DNA of 39,394 bases from IMG/VR virus record IMGVR_UViG_3300020431_000428, positions 1 through 39,394 of that record. The stretch is one strand, 5' to 3'. Position 1 is the first letter of the stretch; each line of letters begins with the position of its first letter. A model generated the notes under the pieces. The model had not been told where the DNA came from. It saw only the letters and a program-made list of their open reading frames with translations, and made no database searches. The DNA is from a virus. Lineage: Duplodnaviria; Caudoviricetes. Below, one piece after another: positions 9,387 through 19,298 of the stretch. Made by a program: the position numbers and the translations under genes.

Positions 9387-10228
9387 TAGAACAAGGATAT
9401 TTAATTTACGCAAATAACAGTAACAAATGTAATTACACTAGACAAGCATACGCATTGTCTTTGTCCATTAAGTTGTTTAATAAAGATGCTCATGTAACAC
9501 TAGTCACTGAAAACGAATTATGTGATAGAATTCGTGCAGGATTTGACAACGTTATTGTCCCTCACAAAGTACCAGTGTCTCAAAGTGTATTAAATTCTGA
9601 ACAACGTTGTCATGCATATAACATTTCACCTTATTTAAAAACCATAGTAATGGATGCCGATGTATTAGTAACTGAAAACTTAGACAGTTGGTGGACATAC
9701 CTAGCAAATTATATGGTTTACTACGTCTCAGATGCACGTACATACAGGAATGAGAAGAGTGATGCTGTTACATACCGTAAAACATTTATTGAGAATAACT
9801 TGCCTAATTTATACAATGCATTTCATTATTTTGAAAAGTCAGATGAAGCATCTAGGTTTTATAGACTGCAACAAATGATTGTAGAAAATTGGGAAACTTT
9901 TTATACAAAATATACACCAAAGAAAAAACAAAAATGGTGCAGTATGGACGTCAGCGCCGCTATTGCATCTAAGATATTAGACAATTACGAATCAATTACA
10001 GATAGCGATTCTTTTGTAAATGTAGTCCATTTAAAACCACAGCAACAAGGGTGGAAACACAATTACGTAAATTCAAGTGGAGCAGTAACTTTACATTTTA
10101 GTGATAACAACTTTTTTATTGGAAACTTTAAACAACACGGAATAATACACTACGTTGAAGATCAATTTTTAACAGATGAATTAGTAAACAATTTAGAGAA
10201 AGCAAATGAAACAGTACTTAAAGTTTAA
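9383..10228 (+). CDS. GT-A fold (GT8-like) glycosyltransferase
   Basis: SPYLKTIVMDAD DxD motif; YNAFHYFEK; SMDVSA; IIHY. Confidence 0.65.
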   Translation: MIEQGYLIYANNSNKCNYTRQAYALSLSIKLFNKDAHVTLVTENELCDRIRAGFDNVIVPHKVPVSQSVLNSEQRCHAYNISPYLKTIVMDADVLVTENLDSWWTYLANYMVYYVSDARTYRNEKSDAVTYRKTFIENNLPNLYNAFHYFEKSDEASRFYRLQQMIVENWETFYTKYTPKKKQKWCSMDVSAAIASKILDNYESITDSDSFVNVVHLKPQQQGWKHNYVNSSGAVTLHFSDNNFFIGNFKQHGIIHYVEDQFLTDELVNNLEKANETVLKV

Positions 10229-10784
10229 TCAAGAAACAGGTGATCCAATGGGGTTAGGGCCTAACAAGGAAGGAACCTGCATTGAAATCGAAGGAACAAC
10301 AGCAACAGCAATCAAAGATGGATTCAAACAAATGAATCAATTTAAAGTTGTATTAGATGACACTACTAAAAAATATGTATTGGTTGAAATTAGATCTGAC
10401 GCAAATTTAACAAAAAATTTTGTTATAGAACCTCCAGCATCTAACTTTGTCTTTCAACTACCAACCACTACAACAGAACAAAATGGAATAAATTTAATAC
10501 AAAACATCAGTAACGGAACATGGACAGCAACGATACAAGGCGATACTGTTGACATCATAAAAGAATTAGCAGATAATAATAAAAATCTGCATCAATTGTT
10601 TTATGTAACTGCTAATAATAATCCAAACATATTACATGATACATTGAGTATTGATCTTAACAAACTAGTGGACGAAGGCAAATACGAAATAAAAACTTTT
10701 GACAAACAATCAGCGAAATTAAATATCAGTGTGTACTGTAGAAATTTATATAACGATTATAATCACGTGAGACAAAATGGATAA
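10206..10784 (+). CDS. Hypothetical protein
   Basis: 192 aa ORF overlapping both neighbours; no motif recognised. Confidence 0.75.
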   Translation: MKQYLKFNQETGDPMGLGPNKEGTCIEIEGTTATAIKDGFKQMNQFKVVLDDTTKKYVLVEIRSDANLTKNFVIEPPASNFVFQLPTTTTEQNGINLIQNISNGTWTATIQGDTVDIIKELADNNKNLHQLFYVTANNNPNILHDTLSIDLNKLVDEGKYEIKTFDKQSAKLNISVYCRNLYNDYNHVRQNG

Positions 10785-11703
10785 ATTTAGAGTTAGAGAT
10801 CATGACGTATTTTATTTGAGTTATGATGAGCCAAATGCTGAAAAAAATTATGCAGACATCTGTAATAAAATACCTTGGGTAAAAAGAGTACATGGAGTAA
10901 AGGGATCAGATGCGGCACACAAAGCCTGTGCAACAGCGGCCGAAACAGAAAGATTTACAACAGTAGACGGCGACAACATTATCAATCCAAAGTGGTTAGA
11001 TGTTGAAATAGAATTTGATATGGACGTGGTTGATTTAACAACCAGTGTTGTTAGTTGGTGTGGTTACAACATAGTAAATGGATTGGTGTACGGGAATGGT
11101 GGACTAAAATGTTGGCCAAGACAGTATGTATTAGATATGAAGACTCATGAAAATGCAGATCCTGATGATGTTGCTTCACAAATAGATTTTTGTTGGGACT
11201 TAAAATACTTGCAAATGAATCAAACATATAGTGATGTGTATAACAATCACACACCTCAACAGGCCTGGAGAGCAGGATTTAGAGAAGGTGTAAAAATGGC
11301 ACTAGACAGAGGTGCAAGAGTTAACTTAGACGATTTTAAAAAGAATCATTGGAAAAATCTAAACAGAATGTACATATGGCAGATGGTAGGTGCAGATGCT
11401 GACAACGGATTATGGGCAATATATGGAGCAAGACAAGGCACATATCTAACAATGTGTACAGATTGGGACATTGTTCATACAAGAGACTTTGAATACCTAA
11501 ATGATATGTGGAAAGAGCAAGAAGCAAAATTCACTGAAAACACTGTAATTGACGAAATCAAACGTTTAGGAGATATATTAATCAACGAAGTATTAATACC
11601 AATTGGTGTTGAACACCTTACACCATCACAAAGCACCTTCTTCAAACAAGTCTACAAAAATCCTGATAGAGGTGTCGAGAACTTTTTAGCCAAAAAAACA
11701 TAA
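10777..11703 (+). CDS. Putative GT-A fold glycosyltransferase
   Basis: RVHGVKG...AH...FTTVDGDN (DxD)...NGLVYGNGGLK...WRAGFRE; paralog of 17585..18262. Confidence 0.6.
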   Translation: MDKFRVRDHDVFYLSYDEPNAEKNYADICNKIPWVKRVHGVKGSDAAHKACATAAETERFTTVDGDNIINPKWLDVEIEFDMDVVDLTTSVVSWCGYNIVNGLVYGNGGLKCWPRQYVLDMKTHENADPDDVASQIDFCWDLKYLQMNQTYSDVYNNHTPQQAWRAGFREGVKMALDRGARVNLDDFKKNHWKNLNRMYIWQMVGADADNGLWAIYGARQGTYLTMCTDWDIVHTRDFEYLNDMWKEQEAKFTENTVIDEIKRLGDILINEVLIPIGVEHLTPSQSTFFKQVYKNPDRGVENFLAKKT

Positions 11704-11721
11704 CAGTACAACTAAAAATTA

Positions 11722-11729
11722 CTTAAATA
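11722..11729 (+). promoter_or_regulatory. Putative late promoter CTTAAATA
   Basis: TAAATA core in one of the few intergenic gaps of the cluster, 6 nt before ATG 11736. Confidence 0.45.
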
Positions 11730-11735
11730 TGAGTA

Positions 11736-13064
11736 ATGAAGTACGACGAGTTAAAAAAATCAAAAAGTTTTTGTATTATTCCTTGGGTCCATTTACAGTT
11801 TGAACCTCACAATAAGGTAATACCATGCTGTCTTACATCTCCTTATAATTACGATTTAGGAGATTTAAGCACAAATAGTATTGAAGAAATATGGAATAGT
11901 CCAAAACAAAAAGCACTGAGAAGAGAAATGCTTTCAGGTGAACGTCCTAAGATTTGTAAAAAGTGTTGGAACATGGAAGATCAAGGCATGGTTTCAAATC
12001 GTCAACACAACAATAAGACTTATAAAAAAGTAATGAAAGAGGTAGAGCATATAACTTTACCAGATGGAACTGTACCTGAAATGCGTTTAAAATATTGGGA
12101 TATGAGATTCAGCAATATTTGTAATCTTAAATGTAGAAGTTGTGGTCCTAAACACAGTTCATCTTGGGTACCAGATGCAATTAAAATCTGGGGCAAAAAA
12201 CGTTACATGGCAGAAAATAAAAAAGGATTAAATGTTGTAAACGATATTGAAGGACAATCTAAATTAACTTTTTTAGAAGATCAAATAGAGCACGTTGAAA
12301 GAATTTATTTTGCAGGTGGTGAACCAATGATGATGGATGACCATTGGTACATTTTAGATTTACTAAAAAAACATAAACGTTTTGATGTAAGAATAATGTA
12401 CAATACCAACATGGCTAGACTGGACTGGAAAGGAAAAAATGTAGTTGATTACTGGAAATTATGGGATCCAGGAAAAATAGAAATTTGGCCAAGTTTAGAT
12501 GAGTACGGAGACAGAGCAGAACTTGTACGTTCAGGAACCATATGGCCTAAAACTTTAAAAAATATTGAAACAATAATTGGTTTAAACAATGATATTTTTA
12601 TACAGCCTGGTATAACAGTAGGTGCGTTGAATGTATTTAGACTGCCTGAAATTATAGATCATTTTATAAAACTTGGATTAATACATAACAATCATGCAAA
12701 TCAAAATTGTAACACATGGAGAGTAAAACACAACAACTGGTTTTTAAACTTTGTGCATTGGCCTGAAGATTTACACATATCAATTTTAAGCGACGAGTTT
12801 AAAAAGAAAATTTTAGAAAAGTATAAATTTTGGATTGAAGACTACAAAGAAAAATACGAGTATGATCCAACACCTAAATTAAAAGAGATTTTGCACGGGT
12901 TGTCTTTGCCTCATAATCCTGAGTTTGCTAAACTATTTCTAGTTAAACACGCCAAACTTGACAAGATTAGAAAAGAAAGTATATTTAAAACTATACCAGA
13001 ATTAGAAGATGTCAGAAAAAAATACCCAGGAATTTACGAAGATGCATATGAAAAGTTTAAATGA
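11736..13064 (+). CDS. Radical SAM protein with N-terminal twitch/SPASM-like domain (group A)
   Basis: FCIIPW...PCC...CKKC, then CNLKCRSC, FAGGEP, YNTN. Confidence 0.9.
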   Translation: MKYDELKKSKSFCIIPWVHLQFEPHNKVIPCCLTSPYNYDLGDLSTNSIEEIWNSPKQKALRREMLSGERPKICKKCWNMEDQGMVSNRQHNNKTYKKVMKEVEHITLPDGTVPEMRLKYWDMRFSNICNLKCRSCGPKHSSSWVPDAIKIWGKKRYMAENKKGLNVVNDIEGQSKLTFLEDQIEHVERIYFAGGEPMMMDDHWYILDLLKKHKRFDVRIMYNTNMARLDWKGKNVVDYWKLWDPGKIEIWPSLDEYGDRAELVRSGTIWPKTLKNIETIIGLNNDIFIQPGITVGALNVFRLPEIIDHFIKLGLIHNNHANQNCNTWRVKHNNWFLNFVHWPEDLHISILSDEFKKKILEKYKFWIEDYKEKYEYDPTPKLKEILHGLSLPHNPEFAKLFLVKHAKLDKIRKESIFKTIPELEDVRKKYPGIYEDAYEKFK

Positions 13065-14010
13065 TAATAAAAACTCTGTTGTAAAGATACAGAGGCGTAC
13101 TGATGACCTGATGGTTGTCACATGGATCATTAATAATATTTGTACAAATGCTTGTTCGTATTGTCCAAAAAATTTACACACAGGAAAAAATCATCATTAC
13201 GATTGGGAAAATGCAAAAAGATTTTGGCAGTTGCTTTTAAAAAAGCATAGTAAATTACAAGTAGCATTATCTGGCGGTGAACCAACTTTAAGTCCTTTCT
13301 TATTAGACTTTGTCAAGATGATATATGATACTGGCAATAAAGTTGGAATAACAACTAACCTTGCAAGAACTCCAAGATACATGAAAACACTGGCCCCGTT
13401 TTTAGCATATGTTTCTGCAAGTTATCATCCAAGTTTTGAAGACAAAGATTTTTTAGAAAAAGCACTTGCGGCCGCGGACCTTACACCTGTTAACATTAGA
13501 GTAATGATGGATAGTAGGTATTGGGACGTTGGTATGAAATTTTTAGAAAGTTGTAAACCATACAAACACATTACAGTAGAAGCAGTAAAAGTTTACGATT
13601 GGATAACCGGTGACAACACAGGTTGCGATTATACAGAAGAACAGTTGAAGTGGTTTGATAATACTACTACACAAGACGCAGAATGGATGCCTGTACCAAA
13701 ACACACAATAGATAGTAGATCAAATATTACCTTCGAAGATGGAGAAGTTATAAATTCAAACGGTGCAGAACAAGAATTAATTAATGCAGGAAAAACAAAT
13801 TTTAAAGGTTGGAAATGTAGTATGGGACTAGAAAGTCTTTTTATACAATACACAGGAGAGATGTATCTTGCAAACTGTTTCCAGGGCGGAACAATAGGAC
13901 ACATCAACGAACCAGAGAATATAAAATGGCCAACACAGCAAACAGTTTGCATTAAAGATAGATGTATTTGTACAACTGATGTGTTGTTAACAAAGGAACG
14001 AGTATGGTAG
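13048..14010 (+). CDS. Radical SAM protein with C-terminal SPASM-like domain (group C)
   Basis: CTNACSYC, LSGGEPT, FKGWKC...ANC...C...CIC. Start may be 13009, 13042 or 13048. Confidence 0.9.
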   Translation: MKSLNDNKNSVVKIQRRTDDLMVVTWIINNICTNACSYCPKNLHTGKNHHYDWENAKRFWQLLLKKHSKLQVALSGGEPTLSPFLLDFVKMIYDTGNKVGITTNLARTPRYMKTLAPFLAYVSASYHPSFEDKDFLEKALAAADLTPVNIRVMMDSRYWDVGMKFLESCKPYKHITVEAVKVYDWITGDNTGCDYTEEQLKWFDNTTTQDAEWMPVPKHTIDSRSNITFEDGEVINSNGAEQELINAGKTNFKGWKCSMGLESLFIQYTGEMYLANCFQGGTIGHINEPENIKWPTQQTVCIKDRCICTTDVLLTKERVW

Positions 14011-14810
14011 ATCATATGTTCATACATGGTTGCAGTCATACTGCCGCTGTGGAACTACCTTCATGGGAAAACAACGACCAAGGATTACCTAGAAAAGATT
14101 CTACGCCACGAGAGATAGGACAACAATGTTACAATGACTCTTGGGCAAACCAAGTTGGTGTAAAACTAGATATGAAAAAAATTGTTAATTATGCTGTTCC
14201 TGGATCTAGTAATGATTACATCACAGAAGAAACAATAAGATATGTTAGTAAATTAAGTTTAGAAGCAAGAGAAAGATTATTTGTTGTAATAGGGTGGACA
14301 GGACCAGACAGATTATTTCTAAAATCCGATGAACCCGGAGAGCAACGTTGGGGTGGATATTATATGTTTATTCCAGGACTTCTCGGTGCAAAAAAATCAA
14401 AAAATATTCAACTAATGAAACCTAGGCACGAATCTATGTATAGAGAATTGCTTAGAACAGAATGGGGCAGTTGGAGAGCAATTCAGTATAGGTTGTTATT
14501 ATCAAATTTTACTTTGCAAAGTTTTTTAGAAAAAATGGGTGTAAAATATTTGTTCATTAATATGCTTCAAGGGTTTGAATTACCTGTTATAAAATTAAAA
14601 GCAAAAACAATAGGATTGTATAATTCACTTGATCTAAAAAGAATTTATAAAGGTGGAACAGGAGATGGGTGCTATTTTGAAAGATTTAAAAGAGATCCAA
14701 ATACAGAATGGGCATTAAATCATCATGTTGCAAAATCCGGGCAAGATAAGTTTGCAAACGAAGTATACGATTACATAAGAGTAAATGATTTATTATTACG
14801 TAAAGAATAA
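14004..14810 (+). CDS. SGNH/GDSL-like hydrolase or acyltransferase
   Basis: HGCSHT (block I), NYAVPGSSN, VIGWT and a C-terminal His (LNHH). Confidence 0.6.
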   Translation: MVDHMFIHGCSHTAAVELPSWENNDQGLPRKDSTPREIGQQCYNDSWANQVGVKLDMKKIVNYAVPGSSNDYITEETIRYVSKLSLEARERLFVVIGWTGPDRLFLKSDEPGEQRWGGYYMFIPGLLGAKKSKNIQLMKPRHESMYRELLRTEWGSWRAIQYRLLLSNFTLQSFLEKMGVKYLFINMLQGFELPVIKLKAKTIGLYNSLDLKRIYKGGTGDGCYFERFKRDPNTEWALNHHVAKSGQDKFANEVYDYIRVNDLLLRKE

Positions 14811-16434
14811 AGACAACTATCTCAAAGATGGATGGAGTGAGTTACCAGAGCATTACTCTGAAATAAATGCTGATGTACAGCAATTCCAATTCAATAAACA
14901 TTTTGCTCCTGTGTATGACATTCCACAAGAACGTTTTGTAGTTTTATTAGACTTGAGACATAGATTGGTAGCACAAAACTTAAAACATTACACAATACCA
15001 CAAGAAACACACGATGCTATAAAAACAAATCGTTGCAAAATTTTACTTTTTGGGTGGATGGAAAACTGGAGTGATGCTGAGTTTCAACAAATATATTCAA
15101 CATTAAAAATAAAGCATGACTGGTTAGAACAAAAAAACTTTGTTTATGTTAGTTGCTCGTTGGAAGATTTCAACGGAAAAGAATACACTCACATATATGC
15201 AAATAAAATGGAATGGCAATGGCACGAGTGTAACTATAAAAAAGTAGAGAGAAATGCTAAAGATAAAAGATACCAACCAACCGTAAAATTTATATGTTTA
15301 AACAGGAGACCTGCTTGGCATAGGTTTTTAACTGTGTCTCGTTTGTTTGATTTCAAACGGTTTGGTTTCTTAACTCACCTAAGTCCGGACTCTGTGTATC
15401 CAGATTATCAGTACGGGTACAAAACAGCAAAAAGACATTATGAAGATCATTACGAATTGTTCAAGTCCATGGAACTAGCACAAGAACCAGAATTTATAGC
15501 ACCAGCACCTGCCAACGATTCAGACTACACAGGAGTAAGACACGGTGAAGAGTTAGGAGATCACAAGTATGAAAATCTGCACACTAGGAGATCACATTAC
15601 GTGTACGAAACTATGAGATTTGCATTTGATTATTTAAATTCCAGAAATCCAGAAGCCGGAAAAGAAATGTTTAATATTTTATGGCCTTCCGGAAAGATAG
15701 GTGAAGGTATAGAAGATAACCATGATTTTCAACACAACATAAATGCTTATTTTAGATCTTATGGTTTCAATTCAAATTACAAAGAAGAAGATCACCATCA
15801 AATGATTTGGTTTTGGAAAAGAGAATCAACAGGGGAAGTATTCAGAGCAAGAACCAAGGAAGAAGCACTAGAAATACGAAGACAGCAACTAGAGTTACCA
15901 GCGCCTCCCAAACAAAAGAAAGAAGGTATACTGGCAAAATCATGGAAGAAAAAGGTTGAAAAACAGTTGCCAATGATTATAAAATATGATAAGCATAAGA
16001 TACATTCTGGAGATAATCCAAATAAAGATGTAGATTCTGCAAAGTATTTAAAATCAATGGTACACGTTATAACAGAAACAACAGCGGAAGATAATCAGGA
16101 TTTATTTGTCAGTGAAAAAACATTTAAGCCAATGTTTTATAAACGTCCTTTTTTAGTTGCTGGACAAAAAGGGTTATACGAAAAATTACATACACAAGGT
16201 TACAAAACATTTCCAACAATGTTCAATGAGAATTTCGACAATGTAACAGGCAATTGGAGGAGAGTAGACGAGGTATGCAGTGAAGCAGTAAAATGGATAA
16301 AACATTCAGAAGAAAAACAAAAGGTGTTATTTGAAGAAACCAAACACATCTGTGAATCAAATTTTAAAAATCTAATGCAAAGAGGAAAAAATGCAGAAAA
16401 ATCTTTGCATGATAGTATTATGGAGACTTTTTAA
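14785..16434 (+). CDS. Putative GT-B-like glycosyltransferase
   Basis: FICLNRRP..HR; VHVITET...FVSEKTFKP...PFLVAG...GYKTF, where SEK resembles the GT10-like donor motif. Confidence 0.5.
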   Translation: MIYYYVKNKDNYLKDGWSELPEHYSEINADVQQFQFNKHFAPVYDIPQERFVVLLDLRHRLVAQNLKHYTIPQETHDAIKTNRCKILLFGWMENWSDAEFQQIYSTLKIKHDWLEQKNFVYVSCSLEDFNGKEYTHIYANKMEWQWHECNYKKVERNAKDKRYQPTVKFICLNRRPAWHRFLTVSRLFDFKRFGFLTHLSPDSVYPDYQYGYKTAKRHYEDHYELFKSMELAQEPEFIAPAPANDSDYTGVRHGEELGDHKYENLHTRRSHYVYETMRFAFDYLNSRNPEAGKEMFNILWPSGKIGEGIEDNHDFQHNINAYFRSYGFNSNYKEEDHHQMIWFWKRESTGEVFRARTKEEALEIRRQQLELPAPPKQKKEGILAKSWKKKVEKQLPMIIKYDKHKIHSGDNPNKDVDSAKYLKSMVHVITETTAEDNQDLFVSEKTFKPMFYKRPFLVAGQKGLYEKLHTQGYKTFPTMFNENFDNVTGNWRRVDEVCSEAVKWIKHSEEKQKVLFEETKHICESNFKNLMQRGKNAEKSLHDSIMETF

Positions 16435-17592
16435 ATGTACGGAATAAAAATAGGATTTATTGGCCTAGGAAAATTAGGTTACCCTTGTGCAGAAGCAATG
16501 GTTGATAAAGGATTTGAAGTAACAGGTTATGACAGTGAACACAAATCTAGTTTTAAAATTGACATTGTGCAAGACATTGTAGACTGTGTAAAAGACAAGG
16601 ACTTTGTATTTGTTGCAGTACCTACACCACATGATAAAGATTATGACGGCAGTAAGCCAACATCACATTTAGAGCCGAAAGATTTTGATTACGAAATTGT
16701 TAAAAATACACTAAAAAGAATCAATAAACACATGACCAAAGAACAAGCAATAGTTTTAATATCAACAGTATTGCCTGGCACGATAAGAAGAGAACTTGCT
16801 CCATTAGTTGACAACACAAAATTATTATACAATCCTTATTTGATTGCTATGGGAACAGTAGCAGATGATATGCTTAATCCTGAAATGATAATGATAGGAA
16901 CTAAAAAAGGAAATCCTAAAACTGCTGTGTTGGCACAAAAACTTGAAAGTATGTATTTGCAATTATGCGATAATATGCCGAGGATAGAAATTGGGTCATG
17001 GGAAGAAGTAGAATCAATTAAAATATTTTATAATACATTTATAAGTGCAAAATTATCTTTTGTTAATATGATACAAGATGTTGCTGTCAAACTTGGTAAT
17101 ATAAATGTTGATGTAGTCACAAATGCATTAGCAAAGAGTACAAACAGAATTACCAGTGGAAAGTACATGAAACCGGGCATGGGAGACGGTGGTGCCTGCC
17201 ATCCGCGAGATAATATTGCATTAAGGTATCTAGCCAAAAACTTAGATTTGCATTATGATCTGTTTAGTGCTATAATGGACTCAAGAGAAATGCAGGCAAA
17301 AAACATGGCAGAAGAAGTATTAAAACATGGTAACGTGATTTACTTTACTAGTGATTCATATAAACCAGGTACCAAACTTACAGATGGTTCTTATTCATTG
17401 TTAGTACAGCACTACGTTAAAGAACTTGGAGGAATTATCAGCCATGGAAATGCAGAAAAAATTGATGTTATTTTTAAAGTACACGAAGAAGATCAATTTT
17501 CAACTGACGAAACCACTATTGTTTTTGATCCATGGAGAACACATCCAAAGGAAAAAAATGTAGTACACTACGGTGATACAAAAAATGTATGA
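16435..17592 (+). CDS. ugd: UDP-glucose/GDP-mannose 6-dehydrogenase family
   Basis: GLGKLG Rossmann motif, VAVPTP, ISTVLPG, KIFYNTF, GDGGACHPRD catalytic Cys loop. Confidence 0.9.
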   Translation: MYGIKIGFIGLGKLGYPCAEAMVDKGFEVTGYDSEHKSSFKIDIVQDIVDCVKDKDFVFVAVPTPHDKDYDGSKPTSHLEPKDFDYEIVKNTLKRINKHMTKEQAIVLISTVLPGTIRRELAPLVDNTKLLYNPYLIAMGTVADDMLNPEMIMIGTKKGNPKTAVLAQKLESMYLQLCDNMPRIEIGSWEEVESIKIFYNTFISAKLSFVNMIQDVAVKLGNINVDVVTNALAKSTNRITSGKYMKPGMGDGGACHPRDNIALRYLAKNLDLHYDLFSAIMDSREMQAKNMAEEVLKHGNVIYFTSDSYKPGTKLTDGSYSLLVQHYVKELGGIISHGNAEKIDVIFKVHEEDQFSTDETTIVFDPWRTHPKEKNVVHYGDTKNV

Positions 17593-18262
17593 TATAGTTT
17601 TTATAGGATATAAAGAAGAACAAAAAGAACAGAACTGGCAAAATCTATTAAAGAGATTTCCAACAGCAAAAAGAGTAGACGGAGTAAAAGGACTACACCA
17701 AGCACACATAAAAGGTGCGACTATGTGTTGGACAAAAATGTTTTGGATAGTTGATGCAGATGCAATTATTTTAGATAATTTTGATTTCTCATACACTTGC
17801 AAACCCTACGATGAAGACATTGTTCATGTGTGGAGATGCAAAAATCCAATAAACGATTTAACATATGGATACGGTGGAGTTAAGTTATTTCCGAGAAGAT
17901 TAACATTAGAGTTAGATGTAAACAGACCAGATATGACAACAAGCATTAGTCCTCGATTTAGATCAATGGCACAGGTATCAAACATTACCGCATTTAATAC
18001 TGATCCGTACAACACATGGAAATCTGCTTTTAGAGAATGTACTAAACTTGCAAGTAAAGTAATTGAAAGACAAGAAAATAAAGAAACAGATGATAGATTA
18101 GATGTATGGTGTACAGTTAACAATGGCGAGTTTGGAGATTATGCTATTGCAGGTGCAAAAGCAGGAAGAGAATACGGAATAAAGCATAGAGGGGATCATG
18201 TTAAACTACATATGATAAACAATTTTGAATGGCTAAAGGAACAATTTGATGCAACTGTATGA
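17585..18262 (+). CDS. Putative GT-A fold glycosyltransferase
   Basis: RVDGVKG...AH...FWIVDADA...NDLTYGYGGVK...WKSAFRE; paralog of 10777..11703. Confidence 0.6.
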   Translation: MYDIVFIGYKEEQKEQNWQNLLKRFPTAKRVDGVKGLHQAHIKGATMCWTKMFWIVDADAIILDNFDFSYTCKPYDEDIVHVWRCKNPINDLTYGYGGVKLFPRRLTLELDVNRPDMTTSISPRFRSMAQVSNITAFNTDPYNTWKSAFRECTKLASKVIERQENKETDDRLDVWCTVNNGEFGDYAIAGAKAGREYGIKHRGDHVKLHMINNFEWLKEQFDATV

Positions 18263-19025
18263 ACTACTAGATAAATTTGAAGTACTGTTCAAAGATGACG
18301 AACGCTTTGCAGACCTACGTAGATTTTTTATTGACAAAGATGAGAACAGTTTCTTTAGATTATTAGCAACAATGACAGATAGTCAAATTGTTGATACGGT
18401 TAGAAAATTAAACAACGATAAAAAATTTAATAAAGATTGTATCAGCAGAGGACAAATTCAAAGTAAGACTTGGCTAGTTAGCGAATTAAAAAAAATAAAT
18501 CCGGAGTTGGGAACAATTTTTTTATGTGCAGGTTGGTATGGAACTTTAGCAACCATGTTATTTGAAGCGAAACTTAATATTAAAAGGATTCTAAGTTTTG
18601 ATATTGATAAAAGTTGCATACCGATAGCAGAAATGTTCAACAAACCCTGGTATGAAAAGCAGTGGAAGTTTAAAGCATTGGAAAAAGATATAATGGATAT
18701 TGATTATAATTCATTAGACTGGAATTTTTGGAGTTCAAAAAACAACAGAATGAGTTACACAATAACAGATGTACCGGATACAATCATTAATACCAGTTGC
18801 GAACACATCGCAGAGTTTGAAAAATGGTATGATAAAATTCCTCAAGGAAAATTAGTTATATTACAATCCAACGATTACTTTAATGTTCCAGAAGAAACAG
18901 GACACGTAAATTGTTCTAAGAATTTATTAGAATTTGAAAAACAAACACCTATGTCTAAGAGTTTATACGAAGGCGTATTAGACTTGGGTGAATACAACAG
19001 GTTTATGAGAATTGGAATTAGATAA
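18249..19025 (+). CDS. Class I SAM-dependent methyltransferase-like protein
   Basis: IFLCAGWYG glycine loop, SFDID acidic motif, IINTSCEH. Confidence 0.65.
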   Translation: MQLYELLDKFEVLFKDDERFADLRRFFIDKDENSFFRLLATMTDSQIVDTVRKLNNDKKFNKDCISRGQIQSKTWLVSELKKINPELGTIFLCAGWYGTLATMLFEAKLNIKRILSFDIDKSCIPIAEMFNKPWYEKQWKFKALEKDIMDIDYNSLDWNFWSSKNNRMSYTITDVPDTIINTSCEHIAEFEKWYDKIPQGKLVILQSNDYFNVPEETGHVNCSKNLLEFEKQTPMSKSLYEGVLDLGEYNRFMRIGIR

Positions 19026-19236
19026 TTTAACATTGAGAGAATTGCAAAAAGAGAGTGCTAGAGCATTAGCAACCTTCGATGCAACCAGTGACAACATACA
19101 CAAATACAATAAAAAAGCACACCATAACAGTCAGGCATGGTATAAGGCCATACTTGAAGATTACATTAACAAGCATGGAGACCTTCCTTCGAAGAAAGGA
19201 CCAGGTACAGCAGTATCATTAATATTGGACAAATAA
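19012..19236 (+). CDS. Hypothetical protein, 74 aa
   Basis: TTG start overlapping the previous gene; fills the gap. Confidence 0.6.
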   Translation: MELDNLTLRELQKESARALATFDATSDNIHKYNKKAHHNSQAWYKAILEDYINKHGDLPSKKGPGTAVSLILDK

Positions 19237-19239
19237 ATA
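19232..19239 (+). promoter_or_regulatory. Putative late promoter AATAAATA
   Basis: TAAATA core at the start of the gap preceding the run of 10 radical SAM genes. Confidence 0.5.
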
Positions 19240-19298
19240 CACTTGAGTAAAAGAATCTTAAATCCGCTAGGATTAGATTATAATAACTTGGAAATTAT

